DNA of 64,000 nucleotides from a virus: IMG/VR virus record IMGVR_UViG_3300045988_155520, positions 64,001 to 128,000 of that record; one strand, 5' to 3'. Shown piece by piece: positions 43,480 to 54,300 of this stretch (position 1 is its first letter; each line of letters starts with the position of its first letter). The notes under the pieces were generated by a model. It saw only the letters and a program-made list of their open reading frames with translations, ran no database searches and was not told where the DNA came from. The position numbers and the translations under genes were made by a program.

Positions 43480-44895
43480 CTATCTTTCTATAACAATTAT
43501 TTCTTCGTCTGCAATTTCATCAAGCGGACTTTCTGGAGAACTATCACCATCAATCACTGTATCAGGGTCAAAACCATGTAATATAACTTTAGAATCTTGA
43601 TAAAGGTCATCCCTTGTTATCTCTACAGTAATTTCATCCTCTTTATAAAAGTTAATTTCTTTACCGTCTAAAGCCATAGTTTCACCATTTATCTTCAATA
43701 CCATATCATATACGTTTTCTGTTTCTACAGTGTCTAATATCATGTCTGTATCAATGGTAAAACTTTCAGAACTATCACATGCATCAATATTGATTACAAA
43801 ACTTAGTTTCTTATTATAATACTTCTCTATTTCTTCTTCCTTGTCGCAACATTCATCTTCTGTATTACAAATTTTTACACAAGTATTTATATCTTTAAAT
43901 TTATTAGTAGGTATTTCTGGTTCACACGTTATTCCATTTGTTTCTGAGTCATCATATGTTATAATTCTCTCTCTATCTGTCATACGTGTATTATCATCTT
44001 TCATGGCATGTGAAAAACCATTAGATGAATTATCTGAATTAGGTCTATTGTCCATTTCGCTATCTGACATTCTTGATGATTTTATTTTGGATATGTTTTC
44101 ATCAAAGGTGTCAATAATACCACCGCCAGTATTACTTACCGCTACATCATCGAATGAACGCATAATGAATCTTGATGGTAAATGTTTAACATCAAAGTCC
44201 TCTGAACGAATGATATACGCTTTTAATTTTATTTTAAACGTCTGTGAATAATACTTTCTATCATCTATAGTGTATTCTGACTCATCAGATATATCTTCAA
44301 GTGTTATTGGCATAGGATGACCATTTGGAAAAATATAACTCTGTATACTTTGAAATTCATAATGTATTAATTCATTCATACGGTTAAGAAGTTCATACTT
44401 GTTACATACTATTCCGACCATATAATCAAAGTTAACTGCAAACGGTTGTTTCATCGTATACATATCATAGGCTTCAGTTCCATTTTCCTGAAGTACTGGT
44501 TCATAGAAAACTGCATAATCTCTATGCCCTGGTATATTCATATAAGGTCCTTGACTCTCACCCTTCTGTGGGTTAGGAGCACGTGTTATAGTTTTGAAAT
44601 TAAGTACAATACTACCAGATTCATCTAAATATTTCCATGTTTGTGAATATTCACTTATTCTTTGGCTACTATATAACTTATATGTTGGTAATTTCTTACC
44701 ATCATAAACTATATCTAATTTTTTGTCAACCCATTCAAAAAATTCTTGGTCTATATCTTCATATCCCACTGGCTTTGGCAATGGAGTTCCATGTTCAAGA
44801 ATCACTTTAGACATATTCCTGCGCTTTTCAACACCATATGAATTATGTCTAAGTTTCATTTTATTAATAAATGGTTTAGGTTGTATAAGTGCCAT
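43480..44895 (-). CDS. Virion protein candidate (possible tail completion / sheath stabiliser by position), 471 aa
   Basis: Long ORF just upstream of the sheath gene in the neck/tail block, with an acidic Cys-rich C-terminal half. The functional call rests on position only. Confidence 0.3.
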   Translation of the reverse strand: MALIQPKPFINKMKLRHNSYGVEKRRNMSKVILEHGTPLPKPVGYEDIDQEFFEWVDKKLDIVYDGKKLPTYKLYSSQRISEYSQTWKYLDESGSIVLNFKTITRAPNPQKGESQGPYMNIPGHRDYAVFYEPVLQENGTEAYDMYTMKQPFAVNFDYMVGIVCNKYELLNRMNELIHYEFQSIQSYIFPNGHPMPITLEDISDESEYTIDDRKYYSQTFKIKLKAYIIRSEDFDVKHLPSRFIMRSFDDVAVSNTGGGIIDTFDENISKIKSSRMSDSEMDNRPNSDNSSNGFSHAMKDDNTRMTDRERIITYDDSETNGITCEPEIPTNKFKDINTCVKICNTEDECCDKEEEIEKYYNKKLSFVINIDACDSSESFTIDTDMILDTVETENVYDMVLKINGETMALDGKEINFYKEDEITVEITRDDLYQDSKVILHGFDPDTVIDGDSSPESPLDEIADEEIIVIER

Positions 44896-45848
44896 TATTT
44901 TTTCTCCTTTTTTGTAATGTTAATATCTTTGTCATTGAAGATAACATATATGTCGAAGCCTTGTTCATCATGTGCTATTAGTCCTGTGTACCCTATTTTG
45001 TTTAAAAAAGCACTTGCTTCTTTATCACTACCTAATATACTTGAAATTGTACCATAGATGCTACCTTCATCCTGACATTGTGTTATATATATGCATTCCT
45101 CATCCCAAAATTCTTGTTCGCATCCTTGATATGCTTCTTTTCCATACTCATCCTCTGTTGTATAATACTTGAAGAACTTTCTTGCAATACTCATACTTTC
45201 TCTTTTAGAAGGAGTTTTGTCATATGTCAGGAATTTATTACCAGAAATTTCAGCATGATAAATAATACCACCTCTTGCATATTCCTTGGCACATTCTTCA
45301 GATGTTGTGAAATACAGTCCATAACCAAATGCTTGATTTCCCCATCCGCTATTAAGATATTTCAAATCAAATTTATCAAAATCCTTGAAACTACCATGCA
45401 TTAAGTTAACTTCATTATTTAAGTTCTCAATCAATACATTTATAGTATTTAAACGTTCTTTTAAATTGCGTTTAGAGGCTTTATTTTCATACTTTAATGT
45501 ATTTGGATTATCACTATCTAATAAGTCCTGAGAAGCCCTTGAAATACCCTTATTCCAACCGCTATATTTAGGGTCTAAGGTTTTTTCTTTATGTTTAACT
45601 ACCCTTTTTGTTTTTTGTTTCTCTTTTTCTTGTTGTATCATTTGGTTAAGAGTATATCTATTTCTGTAAACTTCTTCAAAAGCAGCTTCTGACCACCTAT
45701 AATACTGATTTTTAACAAATCCTTTAGAATATAAGAATTTATCAATAATCTTAGGTGGAAACGTACCCCAACCATATTGTCTTAGCAATGAAGATATTTC
45801 ATTACTTGTTTTTTGTTTGAAATAATATTTTGAATCTTCCTTAATCAT
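44895..45848 (-). CDS. PARP-like (H-Y-x) ADP-ribosyltransferase domain protein candidate
   Basis: LMHGSFKDFDKFDLKYLNSGWGNQAFGYGLYFTTSEECAKEYA matches the PARP/diphtheria-clade pattern (HGS....I...GF.......G..fG.GiYF......S..Ya). His is codon 151 (nt 45396-45398) and Tyr is codon 179 (nt 45312-45314). The C-terminal GYTGLIAHDEQGFDIYVIFNDKDI is like the Glu strand but has Ile/Asp where the catalytic Glu is expected. Confidence 0.4.
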   Translation of the reverse strand: MIKEDSKYYFKQKTSNEISSLLRQYGWGTFPPKIIDKFLYSKGFVKNQYYRWSEAAFEEVYRNRYTLNQMIQQEKEKQKTKRVVKHKEKTLDPKYSGWNKGISRASQDLLDSDNPNTLKYENKASKRNLKERLNTINVLIENLNNEVNLMHGSFKDFDKFDLKYLNSGWGNQAFGYGLYFTTSEECAKEYARGGIIYHAEISGNKFLTYDKTPSKRESMSIARKFFKYYTTEDEYGKEAYQGCEQEFWDEECIYITQCQDEGSIYGTISSILGSDKEASAFLNKIGYTGLIAHDEQGFDIYVIFNDKDINITKKEKK

Positions 45849-45852
45849 AACT

Positions 45853-46395
45853 TTACGCTTTAAATTCGGATGTATCTACAGGGCTTGCTTGAATTGTACG
45901 GTAAAGTGGTATTGTACCCCATAGTGTATGACCATTATCATAATTGTTCTTACCGTCATTATTAACAACAAAATATATCATTAAATCTGGTTTTACCTGT
46001 ACACCAATATAATCACCATTTTTAATATCAACGTCTAATTCTTGAAGTGTTTCCTGATATACACTTACGGTAAGTTTACCAGTTTTTACATATGTACCTA
46101 ATTGTTTTGTTTTATCATATGATTTTAACTCTGGTTGTTCTATTTTATAAACACAATGTATTTCTACAGGTGTTTCATATTCTATGTTATTGACATCAGC
46201 TTCACCATAAACAGCATCGGTGTTTGTAGTACTTAATTTAACTTGATACAGAACTACTGTTTGATTCATATCCTGTTCTATATAATCTTTCCCAACCTGT
46301 AATTCAAAATCAAAAGATTCTTTATCGTAGAATAGATTATTTCTATTTATAGGAACTCTTCTCTTTGTTCCTTGATTGAATGTAATTTCTGCCAT
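45853..46395 (-). CDS. Hypothetical virion-module protein (180 aa)
   Basis: ORF in the neck/tail block. No motif recognised. Confidence 0.5.
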   Translation of the reverse strand: MAEITFNQGTKRRVPINRNNLFYDKESFDFELQVGKDYIEQDMNQTVVLYQVKLSTTNTDAVYGEADVNNIEYETPVEIHCVYKIEQPELKSYDKTKQLGTYVKTGKLTVSVYQETLQELDVDIKNGDYIGVQVKPDLMIYFVVNNDGKNNYDNGHTLWGTIPLYRTIQASPVDTSEFKA

Positions 46396-46398
46396 TTC

Positions 46399-47109
46399 TT
46401 AACTATAATATTTATCAGCTACTTCTTCATTAAAACCATCATCTAAAATTACCATATGAGGTTCTCCGTCTCTTATCGTCATTCCCCAATTTGCTAATCT
46501 ACAGAAATCACCTACTGGTGGTCTATAATTCATTATATAATCATACAATTCATTAAGGATATAAGAATTTTCTTCATCATAATCTAACATATCCCTTAAA
46601 TTATCATCTGAAAGTATCTGACGTGTTTTGAATCTGGATGGGTTTGCAATTCTTCCAGCTGACAAAATAAACGCTTGAATTTGTTTCCATGTAAAACCTA
46701 TTACTTTTTTAAAGTCTTGTGCTTTTGCAGGTAGCACATACTCACTTACAATCCACTGAAATGAAGGTTCTTTTTCTCCATTATATGAATACATTGTTGT
46801 GTGTTCTCCATCATACATGAATATTTTAGGAAAAAGACTATAATTGTTTTTATAATAATCATTTAATGTTGAACATTCTGCCTCGTTCTGCGCAATACCT
46901 TTAACATTCTTAGCCAACTTCAACACACGCTCGTCATCCAATTGGAAAACCATTCTACTTGAACCACTACCAACTGGATTACCTAAAAAACTTTTGCAAT
47001 ATGCTACTTTTTTGTTGTAGCTAAGTCCATTGAGTTTATCTAAACTAAATCCACTCTTAACGGCTTCAAAAAGTTTATTTTGGCTTTCGTTTATAATAAT
47101 ATTTTTCAT
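46399..47109 (-). CDS. Atypical protein-kinase-like fold protein candidate
   Basis: GSGSSRMVFQLDDERVLKLAKNVKGIAQNEAE (Gly-loop, beta3 Lys, helix-C Glu), then GDFCRLANWG (catalytic D....N-like) and VILDDGF (DFG-like). It is the first gene of the minus-strand block, with the AT-rich motif 9 nt upstream. Confidence 0.4.
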   Translation of the reverse strand: MKNIIINESQNKLFEAVKSGFSLDKLNGLSYNKKVAYCKSFLGNPVGSGSSRMVFQLDDERVLKLAKNVKGIAQNEAECSTLNDYYKNNYSLFPKIFMYDGEHTTMYSYNGEKEPSFQWIVSEYVLPAKAQDFKKVIGFTWKQIQAFILSAGRIANPSRFKTRQILSDDNLRDMLDYDEENSYILNELYDYIMNYRPPVGDFCRLANWGMTIRDGEPHMVILDDGFNEEVADKYYS

Positions 47110-47211
47110 TATTTTTACTTTTTATATAAATATTAACATATAAATCATATATACCATTTGACTTTATCAAAAAAAGTTTTATATTTTATATAAATATAAA
47201 ATATAATTACA

Positions 47212-49203
47212 ATGGCATTGTCTTTAGATGAAATAAATCACTCACATAGGTTATTAAGAGAATATGATGGTGAAAACCCATATATTATTTCTCTTAAAAA
47301 TTCAGTGTACGCATATAAGACAAAGACTCTCAACAATTTTGAATGTGAGTTTATCTTAAACAATTATAATAAAGAACCACTGTTAGTTAATAAAATTGTT
47401 TCTATTATAAATTGGTGGGGCAAGAAGAAGCAAGAAGATTGGGAACTTGAATTTACCCCATCTAAGCTTAAAATTACTTATTATTTAGGAGAAACAAAAG
47501 ATTATTATTGTTTCTATTGTTTTTATCGTCAGAATCAAGATAAGGCTGTGATGTGTTTTGCCCCTAAAAAGGCAATACTTACAGATTTCCTTACTCCAGA
47601 CCATAATACAATGGAAATTGACTTTACACCATATAATCAAAAGAGTGGACGTACAATGATGCCTTATCAAGAAGAGGCAGTTAAGTTTCTTACTGCACAT
47701 CCTAAAGCAATTCTTGCATCCGCTATGGGTAGTGGTAAGACTTTTTCGGCTATAGTAGCAGCTCTTCATGGAGGTTATAAGCATATATTGATTATTGCAC
47801 CTGCATCTGTTAAAAAAACATGGGAAAAGGAATTGTCTCTTCTTGTTCCAAAAGAAGATATTACAATCGTGAATGGTTCAACATGGGTTGATGCAAGATT
47901 CACTATTATTAATTACGATATTCTTAAGAACTTTTATACTATCCCTAAACAGAAAATATATGTTAAAGAAATGAACGTTGATGATAAGGGTGAAGTTGTT
48001 TCAGAATATAAAGAAAAAGAGATTATTTCAAGAAATCGTCGGATAATTTGTGATGCAATGTCTGAATCTCAGTTGTTTCAGTCAAAATTCGACCTCATTA
48101 TTATTGATGAGGCACATAGATTGTCCAATACAACTTCTGGACGTTATAAAATCATTTCAGACTTTGTGAAAAGAGCAAGACCGACTGGTGTTTACGAATT
48201 AACTGGAACTCCAATAACTAATAGACCAATTAACTTCTTCAATCTGTTGAAGATTATTAATTGTCCGCTTGCTGAAGATTGGACTTATTATGTTGAAAGA
48301 TATTGTGACGGTAAGGCATTCTATAAAAAGAATGAAAGAGATGCACACACAGCACTTTATCTTAAAAAGGTTAAAAAAAGTAGTTGGTATGATTTATCTG
48401 AGAAACAAAAAGAAGAATTAAAAAATATTCTTTCTAAAAAATGTAAGAAGATATGGAAAACTGGTGGTTCATCTAATTTAGAAGAATTACAGGAATTACT
48501 TAAGCCGTACTATTTGCGTAGAATGAAAGAGGAATTTGGTAATATGGTTCCAAAAACCGTTAAAGTATTACATTATAATCTTACTTCTGAACAACGTGAG
48601 GAATATGATAGAGTATGGTGCGAATATCGAGATGCTAAAATTGAATCTGCTGACACATTCGAGGATGGAATGAAGGCAATGGTGGATGCTGAGAAGTATA
48701 AGAAGATTACTGAGGGCGTTCTTTTAAGACAATGGTTGGCACATGAAATGTTGGATAGAACAATTTCTCTTACAAGAAAATGTGTAGAACTTGGTCATAA
48801 AGTTGTAGTCTTCTGTTCTTTCGACGATGAAATTAATACACTTATGAAAGAATTTGGTGATATTGCGGTTAAACATAATGGCAAGATGATTAATAAATAT
48901 AAGGATAAATCAGTAGAATCTTTCCAAAATGACCCAAATATCAAAGTATTTGTAGGAAATATTAATTCAGCTGGTGTAGGTTTAACGCTTGTAGCATCCG
49001 ATGTAGCTATATTCAATAGTTTCTCTTGGGTTTCTGGTGATAATTTGCAAGCTGAAGATAGAATACATCGTTTGAATCAAACAAAGAAATGTACCGTTTA
49101 TTATCAAGTATTCTCTGATACTTTCTATGAGGAGATGTTAGATAAAGTAAGAGGTAAACAAAGTATTATTGATAATATAATTGTTACTGAAAATGAAAAA
49201 TAA
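47212..49203 (+). CDS. SNF2/RAD54-family helicase
   Basis: MPYQEEAVKFL, ASAMGSGKTFSAI (I), IIIDEAHRLSN (II, DEAH), LTGTPITNRP (III), QAEDRIHRLNQ (VI). Confidence 0.85.
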   Translation: MALSLDEINHSHRLLREYDGENPYIISLKNSVYAYKTKTLNNFECEFILNNYNKEPLLVNKIVSIINWWGKKKQEDWELEFTPSKLKITYYLGETKDYYCFYCFYRQNQDKAVMCFAPKKAILTDFLTPDHNTMEIDFTPYNQKSGRTMMPYQEEAVKFLTAHPKAILASAMGSGKTFSAIVAALHGGYKHILIIAPASVKKTWEKELSLLVPKEDITIVNGSTWVDARFTIINYDILKNFYTIPKQKIYVKEMNVDDKGEVVSEYKEKEIISRNRRIICDAMSESQLFQSKFDLIIIDEAHRLSNTTSGRYKIISDFVKRARPTGVYELTGTPITNRPINFFNLLKIINCPLAEDWTYYVERYCDGKAFYKKNERDAHTALYLKKVKKSSWYDLSEKQKEELKNILSKKCKKIWKTGGSSNLEELQELLKPYYLRRMKEEFGNMVPKTVKVLHYNLTSEQREEYDRVWCEYRDAKIESADTFEDGMKAMVDAEKYKKITEGVLLRQWLAHEMLDRTISLTRKCVELGHKVVVFCSFDDEINTLMKEFGDIAVKHNGKMINKYKDKSVESFQNDPNIKVFVGNINSAGVGLTLVASDVAIFNSFSWVSGDNLQAEDRIHRLNQTKKCTVYYQVFSDTFYEEMLDKVRGKQSIIDNIIVTENEK

Positions 49204-49206
49204 TAT

Positions 49207-49608
49207 ATGATGGAAAATAATGAAGATTTGAAACTATGTTTCGTTAATGTCGTAGGAATGGAAGAAGACGGTAAGTATCGTTATGAATTTATTTTTACCG
49301 ACGATATAGATAATGTATGGGGAGAGAATTTTGATGAGAAACCAGCAGGTCTTATTAATAACTTAATGGTTGATGAACAATATAAGACTGAAACACACGT
49401 GGTAAGAACTAAGATTAAATTTGACCTTGTACAACAATGTTGTTGTTTTGGTATGCAAGATTGTATGGATGGAATAGTCGCACTTGCTTATGAGAACATT
49501 GATGATTACGAATCTTATCCAGATGACGGAAGATTGGTATTTAATTTTGGTGAATCATATTTTAATGTTGAATCAAAACTTGCAATGAAAAGTATTCTAA
49601 TTGGTTAA
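49207..49608 (+). CDS. Hypothetical protein (133 aa)
   Basis: The ORF starts 4 nt after the SNF2 stop. No motif recognised. Confidence 0.5.
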   Translation: MMENNEDLKLCFVNVVGMEEDGKYRYEFIFTDDIDNVWGENFDEKPAGLINNLMVDEQYKTETHVVRTKIKFDLVQQCCCFGMQDCMDGIVALAYENIDDYESYPDDGRLVFNFGESYFNVESKLAMKSILIG

Positions 49609-49632
49609 TATTAATATTTATAGTAAAAAGAT

Positions 49633-50028
49633 ATGCAATATTTCTATTTACGTCAGAATAGTCTTCTTCCTCAATTAAGAATGGAATTGATTGAGGATGG
49701 AAGACATGACTTTAATAAATTCCATGACATGATACAGAATGCCGTCATTACATTTACAATGGTAAATGCAGATACTAATGTCACAAAAATAGCTAAAGCA
49801 CCTTGTTATATAAAGAAAAAAGAGGGTGATGGATGTGTGGAGCAATATGTTATCTGTTATGACTGGAAAAAACGTGACACACAAGATGTCGGCACATTTA
49901 ATGGTTATTTTGAAATAACCTTTGGTGAAATAAAATCAGATGAAACATCTTATCCGACAGGTAATTTGTGGATGCCTATTAGAGAAGATTTGGTTATCAC
50001 CATCTTACCAATCGGGAACCATAGTTAG
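49633..50028 (+). CDS. Hypothetical protein (131 aa)
   Basis: ORF followed by a strong terminator. No motif recognised. Confidence 0.5.
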   Translation: MQYFYLRQNSLLPQLRMELIEDGRHDFNKFHDMIQNAVITFTMVNADTNVTKIAKAPCYIKKKEGDGCVEQYVICYDWKKRDTQDVGTFNGYFEITFGEIKSDETSYPTGNLWMPIREDLVITILPIGNHS

Positions 50029-50194
50029 TTGATAGGTTGCATCTTTTCCTCCAAGATGCAACTTTTTTTATTATATCAAGTAAATTTGTCAATCTAAAGT
50101 CGTGTCTATTTCCACCATTCATTAATTCATTCTCATAGACTTCTTTTAAAAGTTCTATACTTTTATCTATTTTTTCTAAATTTTCTTGTTTCAT
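49997..50194 (-). CDS. Possible small protein (65 aa)
   Basis: It is preceded by tataaatatt (50213-50222). However, its 3' third reads through the plus-strand terminator hairpin and overlaps the end of ORF 49633..50028. Doubtful. Confidence 0.3.
   Translation of the reverse strand: MKQENLEKIDKSIELLKEVYENELMNGGNRHDFRLTNLLDIIKKVASWRKRCNLSTNYGSRLVRW
50036..50069 (+). terminator. Intrinsic terminator ending the SNF2 operon
   Basis: 10-bp stem gttgcatctt (50036-50045) / aagatgcaac (50053-50062) followed by a run of seven T (50063-50069). Confidence 0.7.
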
Positions 50195-50234
50195 AATTTT
50201 TAAAATTATAGTTATAAATATTTAACGATAATAA

Positions 50235-50266
50235 TTTGTTAGTTTAGGAAATATGTTTTATTTTTG
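50235..50266 (+). promoter_or_regulatory. Bacteroides-type promoter (-33 TTTG / -7 TAnnTTTG)
   Basis: TTTG(50235-50238)-N20-TATTTTTG(50259-50266), 21 nt upstream of the ATG at 50288. Confidence 0.6.
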
Positions 50267-50287
50267 CATAGAATTAAAATTGTATTT

Positions 50288-50743
50288 ATGATGCTTAATA
50301 AAACTTATTTAAAAGAATTATATAAGAGTTGTAATCATAAGTTCTTTAATGATGAACTTCCTAAAACTGGTTTATCGTTTAGAATAGACCATTCTATTCA
50401 TAATGTAGCAGGATGTTATTTCTCCACTAAAAATAATAAAATAAACACTGTGATTTATTTTAGTGATATGTATGAGTGGAATGAAGATTATCTTGAAAGA
50501 ATTATGTTACATGAAATGGTTCATATTTTTTTATATTCTTCAAATAGAAAAGCAGACTCTAAGCATGGTAAACGTTTTAAAGAGGTTTGTGTGAATATTA
50601 ATACCAAGTTTGGTGTTAATGTACCCTTAGACGGTTCTTTTATATCGCTTACTGACGAAGGTTTACAACAAAAAAATGCTAATAAAAAAACACACAATAT
50701 TTTCTTATCAGCACTTAATTACTTATTAAATAAGTTGTTTTAA
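50288..50743 (+). CDS. SprT-like zinc metalloprotease domain protein
   Basis: FFNDELPKTGLSFRIDHSIHNVAGCYF ... LERIMLHEMVHIFLY (HExxH) ... KHGKRFKEV fits the SprT-like layout. I moved the start to MMLNK, because the track start is a TTG inside the promoter box. Confidence 0.6.
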   Translation: MMLNKTYLKELYKSCNHKFFNDELPKTGLSFRIDHSIHNVAGCYFSTKNNKINTVIYFSDMYEWNEDYLERIMLHEMVHIFLYSSNRKADSKHGKRFKEVCVNINTKFGVNVPLDGSFISLTDEGLQQKNANKKTHNIFLSALNYLLNKLF

Positions 50744-50745
50744 TT

Positions 50746-51153
50746 CTATTTGTATATTTGGTTGATTGCGTAGCTCTGATTACTTCTATTGTTCATTGCA
50801 CTATAGTTGATTCTCTTAATTAAATCACCAATAGTCATTTTGTCACCATATTTCTGTGCAAACGATTGTAATTGTTTAATCATCTCTTGTTTCTTGTCGT
50901 ATGCACCCTGCTCTTTATAATTTGTTTTTGCTGCCTGCCAACGTTTACCCAAATTATAGTTTACTTCTGTATCATTTGGTGCGTTATGTCTTTGTGATGC
51001 ATTTCCTACACCTCTACCGAAAAACGCATTAGCACCAGCCTTTACATTATCCCAAACGCCTTCATTTGTCATATTCTCTTGTAAAGCGGTTCTTACTGAA
51101 TTTTCTATAATATTATGTAAATCAGCCTCTGTTAGTCTTATAACTTGTTTCAT
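50746..51153 (-). CDS. Hypothetical protein (135 aa)
   Basis: The ORF has the AT-rich motif 13 nt upstream. No motif recognised. Confidence 0.5.
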   Translation of the reverse strand: MKQVIRLTEADLHNIIENSVRTALQENMTNEGVWDNVKAGANAFFGRGVGNASQRHNAPNDTEVNYNLGKRWQAAKTNYKEQGAYDKKQEMIKQLQSFAQKYGDKMTIGDLIKRINYSAMNNRSNQSYAINQIYK

Positions 51154-51211
51154 AATTTATTTATATTTTTAATATAAATATCATTTATTTTTTATTTATT
51201 TATCTTTTTAC

Positions 51212-51244
51212 ATTTGTTTTTTTTATAAAGATATTGTATCTTTG
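51212..51244 (+). promoter_or_regulatory. Bacteroides-type promoter (-33 TTTG / -7 TAnnTTTG) for the DNA polymerase gene
   Basis: TTTG(51212-51215)-N21-TATCTTTG(51237-51244), with the same GTATCTTTGCAA core as the minus-strand promoters. It lies 60 nt upstream of the ATG at 51305. Confidence 0.6.
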
Positions 51245-51304
51245 CAACGTTTCTGATGCCATTGTTGATGTGGCTTTAAGAATATAATTTTTAAACAATA
51301 ATTT

Positions 51305-54300
51305 ATGAAGCAAATTACACCTGAAGACGTTGAGAGGTTTCTCAATGGTCATGACCCTATGGAAAGAATTATATCCATAGAGTGCGGTTATGATGATAAT
51401 ACAGCAAGTATTATCTATGTTAATGAAAATGGTGACAAGCGTGTTAAACGTGAAAATTTTTATCCCTTTGTTTGGGTTAAAAATAGTGCTTGTCAAAGAA
51501 TGTTTGGTGGAGATAGGAGTTTATTTGTTAGAAAACTTCGCCAATACGGAATCAAAATCAAAGCTCTTCAAACTCAGGGAGATGATGGAAGTGTTAGTTC
51601 ACGTCTTGATGAAGGTTATAAATTCCTTTTTTATTCGTACAGAAAGATGTCATATAAAGTCTTTATGATGTTCTTTCAGGAATCTGGTGTGCCTATATAT
51701 GAAAGGAAAAAGAAAAACGATGATGCAATAGGTGGTAGTAAAGAATTTATGACCTGTAGTCCTGTGGAACAGTTTATGATTTCCACTGGTAAAAGACTTT
51801 TTAAAGGTTATGATAATTATGATGACTTAAAGAGAACTACTTTTGACCTTGAAACTGAAGGTCTTAATGCGAAGTATCATATGATTAGTCAAATTGGTTA
51901 TCGTAATAATAAGGGTTTTCAGAAAATTATTAATATAACAGGTAATAAAGAGGAAAAGTGGAAATCCGAAATAGCAGCTATTGAGGAATTTGTTAGGATT
52001 CTTTCCGAAGATAAACCAGATAATGTTGCAGGTCATAACTCTGAAAACTTCGACTGGGATTTTATTATTAATAGATGTAAAGAACACGGAGTAGATTTCT
52101 CTGAACTTTCTGAGAAGTACCTCAATAGACACCCTATTTTCAAGAAGAAGAAGCAGACTGTCTTGAAACTTGGTGGTGAAATGGAGTATTATTATCCGAC
52201 TATTATGTGGGGTACTAATATCATTGATTCTATGCATGCTGCACGTAGAGCGCAAGCACTTGATTCAAGTATGAAGTCATCTAATTTGAAGTATGTTACT
52301 AAATATCTTGGATTAAATAAGCAAAATCGTGTATATGTTCCTGGAGATATTATTAACCAAACATGGGCGGTAACTGATGAAGTATATGCATTTAATGATG
52401 ATAATGGTGATTGGTACAAGGTTACAGATAGTAAACCATTAAGAGAAGGATATGTTTTAAAATCTGGTAAATATATCGTTGAACGTTATTTGTATGATGA
52501 CTTATGGGAAACAGATAAAGTAGAACTTAAATTAAATGAGTCTAATTTCCTTGTTGGAAAGATGATTCCGACTTCGTTTTCACGTACTTGTACTATGGGT
52601 ACTGCTGGTGTGTGGAAACTTATAATGCTTGCATGGTGTTACGAGAATGACTTAGCGATTCCATCTACAACTTCTAATAGAAAGTTTACAGGTGGTCTTT
52701 CACGTCTTCTTATAACAGGATATGTTTCACGTATTGTAAAGTTGGATTTTAATTCCCTTTATCCTTCTATTATTCTTACATGGAATATTTCTACTTCTCT
52801 TGATGTAATGAATATTATGTTATATCTCCTTGAGTATATTCTTACACAAAGAGAGAAATATAAGGATTTAAAGAATCAAGCTGGTTCAAAAGCCGATGAA
52901 ATTAAAGATGAGATTGCTAACGCTACAGGTCTATCCGAAGATGAAATTAACAAAATGTTAGAAGCCGTTAGATATTGGAAAGCTGAAAAGATTGGTAACG
53001 ATAAAAAACAGCTTCCTCTAAAGGTGTTAGGTAACGGTTTCTTTGGTTCTTATGGATGTCCTATGGTTTTCCCATTTGGAGATATTGATGCAGCAGAGAA
53101 AACAACTTGTATTGGTCGTATGTCTTTACGACTTATGATTTCTCACTTTACCAATATTGGTTATACACCTGTTGTAGGAGATACTGATGGTTTTAACTTC
53201 CAAATGCCAGAAGAAGATAAATTTAGATATAATAACGAACATCCATATATAAGTACTGGTGGTGGACGTAATAGTGTGAAAGGTAAAGCATACACACGTG
53301 TTGATGCTGATGTGGCAGAATTTGAAGATACTTATTTTACCCATGCATGGAATGGTGGAGTTAATAAAATGGGTCTTGGAATAGATGAGTATTGTGATGC
53401 TTGTATTCAGTTTGCACGTAAGAACTATGCTGACCTCATGCCAGATGGTAAGACGAAGAAAGTAGGTAACACTATTAAATCACGTAAGATGTCTGGTTAT
53501 CTTGAGAAGTTTATTGATACAGGTATTGATTTACTTCTTCATGACAACGGCTATAAGTTCCTTGAGAACTATTACAATTATATCGAGCAAATTTACAATT
53601 ATCAAATTCCAGTTAGAGATATTGCTTCTAAGGGTAATATTAAAAAGACCATGGAAGAGTATATTGCTGATTCAAAAACTCTTACAAAGAGTGGTAGTAA
53701 AAAATCACGTCAAGCATGGTATGAATTAGCTCTTAAAGAGAATATACCTGTAAAAGTAAGTGATACAATATATTATATCAATACTGGTGTTAAGAAAAGT
53801 CAATCAGATGTTAAGCGTATTACTCATCAATATACTATTATAAATGGTGAAGAAATAGAACTGACAGCTAAGATTATAAGACAATTATTATCTCCTATTT
53901 GCGAGAAACAAGGTGTACTTTATAAGAATCTTAAGACGAAAGATAAAAAGGAAATGCTTAAGCCTTTCGTTAAACGTGAAGAAGATGAGATTATATTAAA
54001 TTGTCAAATTGTTCCTTCAGATATTATTAATAGTGAAGATGATATTTTATGTAGTGAAATAGAAGATTTAGGTTATGAACCTATTGAATATAATGTTGAC
54101 AAGTATATATCACAGTTTAATAATAGAATACGTCCGCTTTTAGTATGTTTTTCACCAGATATTAGAAATGAAATTCTTATAACTAATCCAAAGGATAGAA
54201 AATTTTTCACTGAGGCTGAATCTAAGCTTGTTCACGGCTATCCAAATAAGCCTACCGACCAAGATACCTATGAGGCACTTATGACCCCTGAGAGGAAAGA

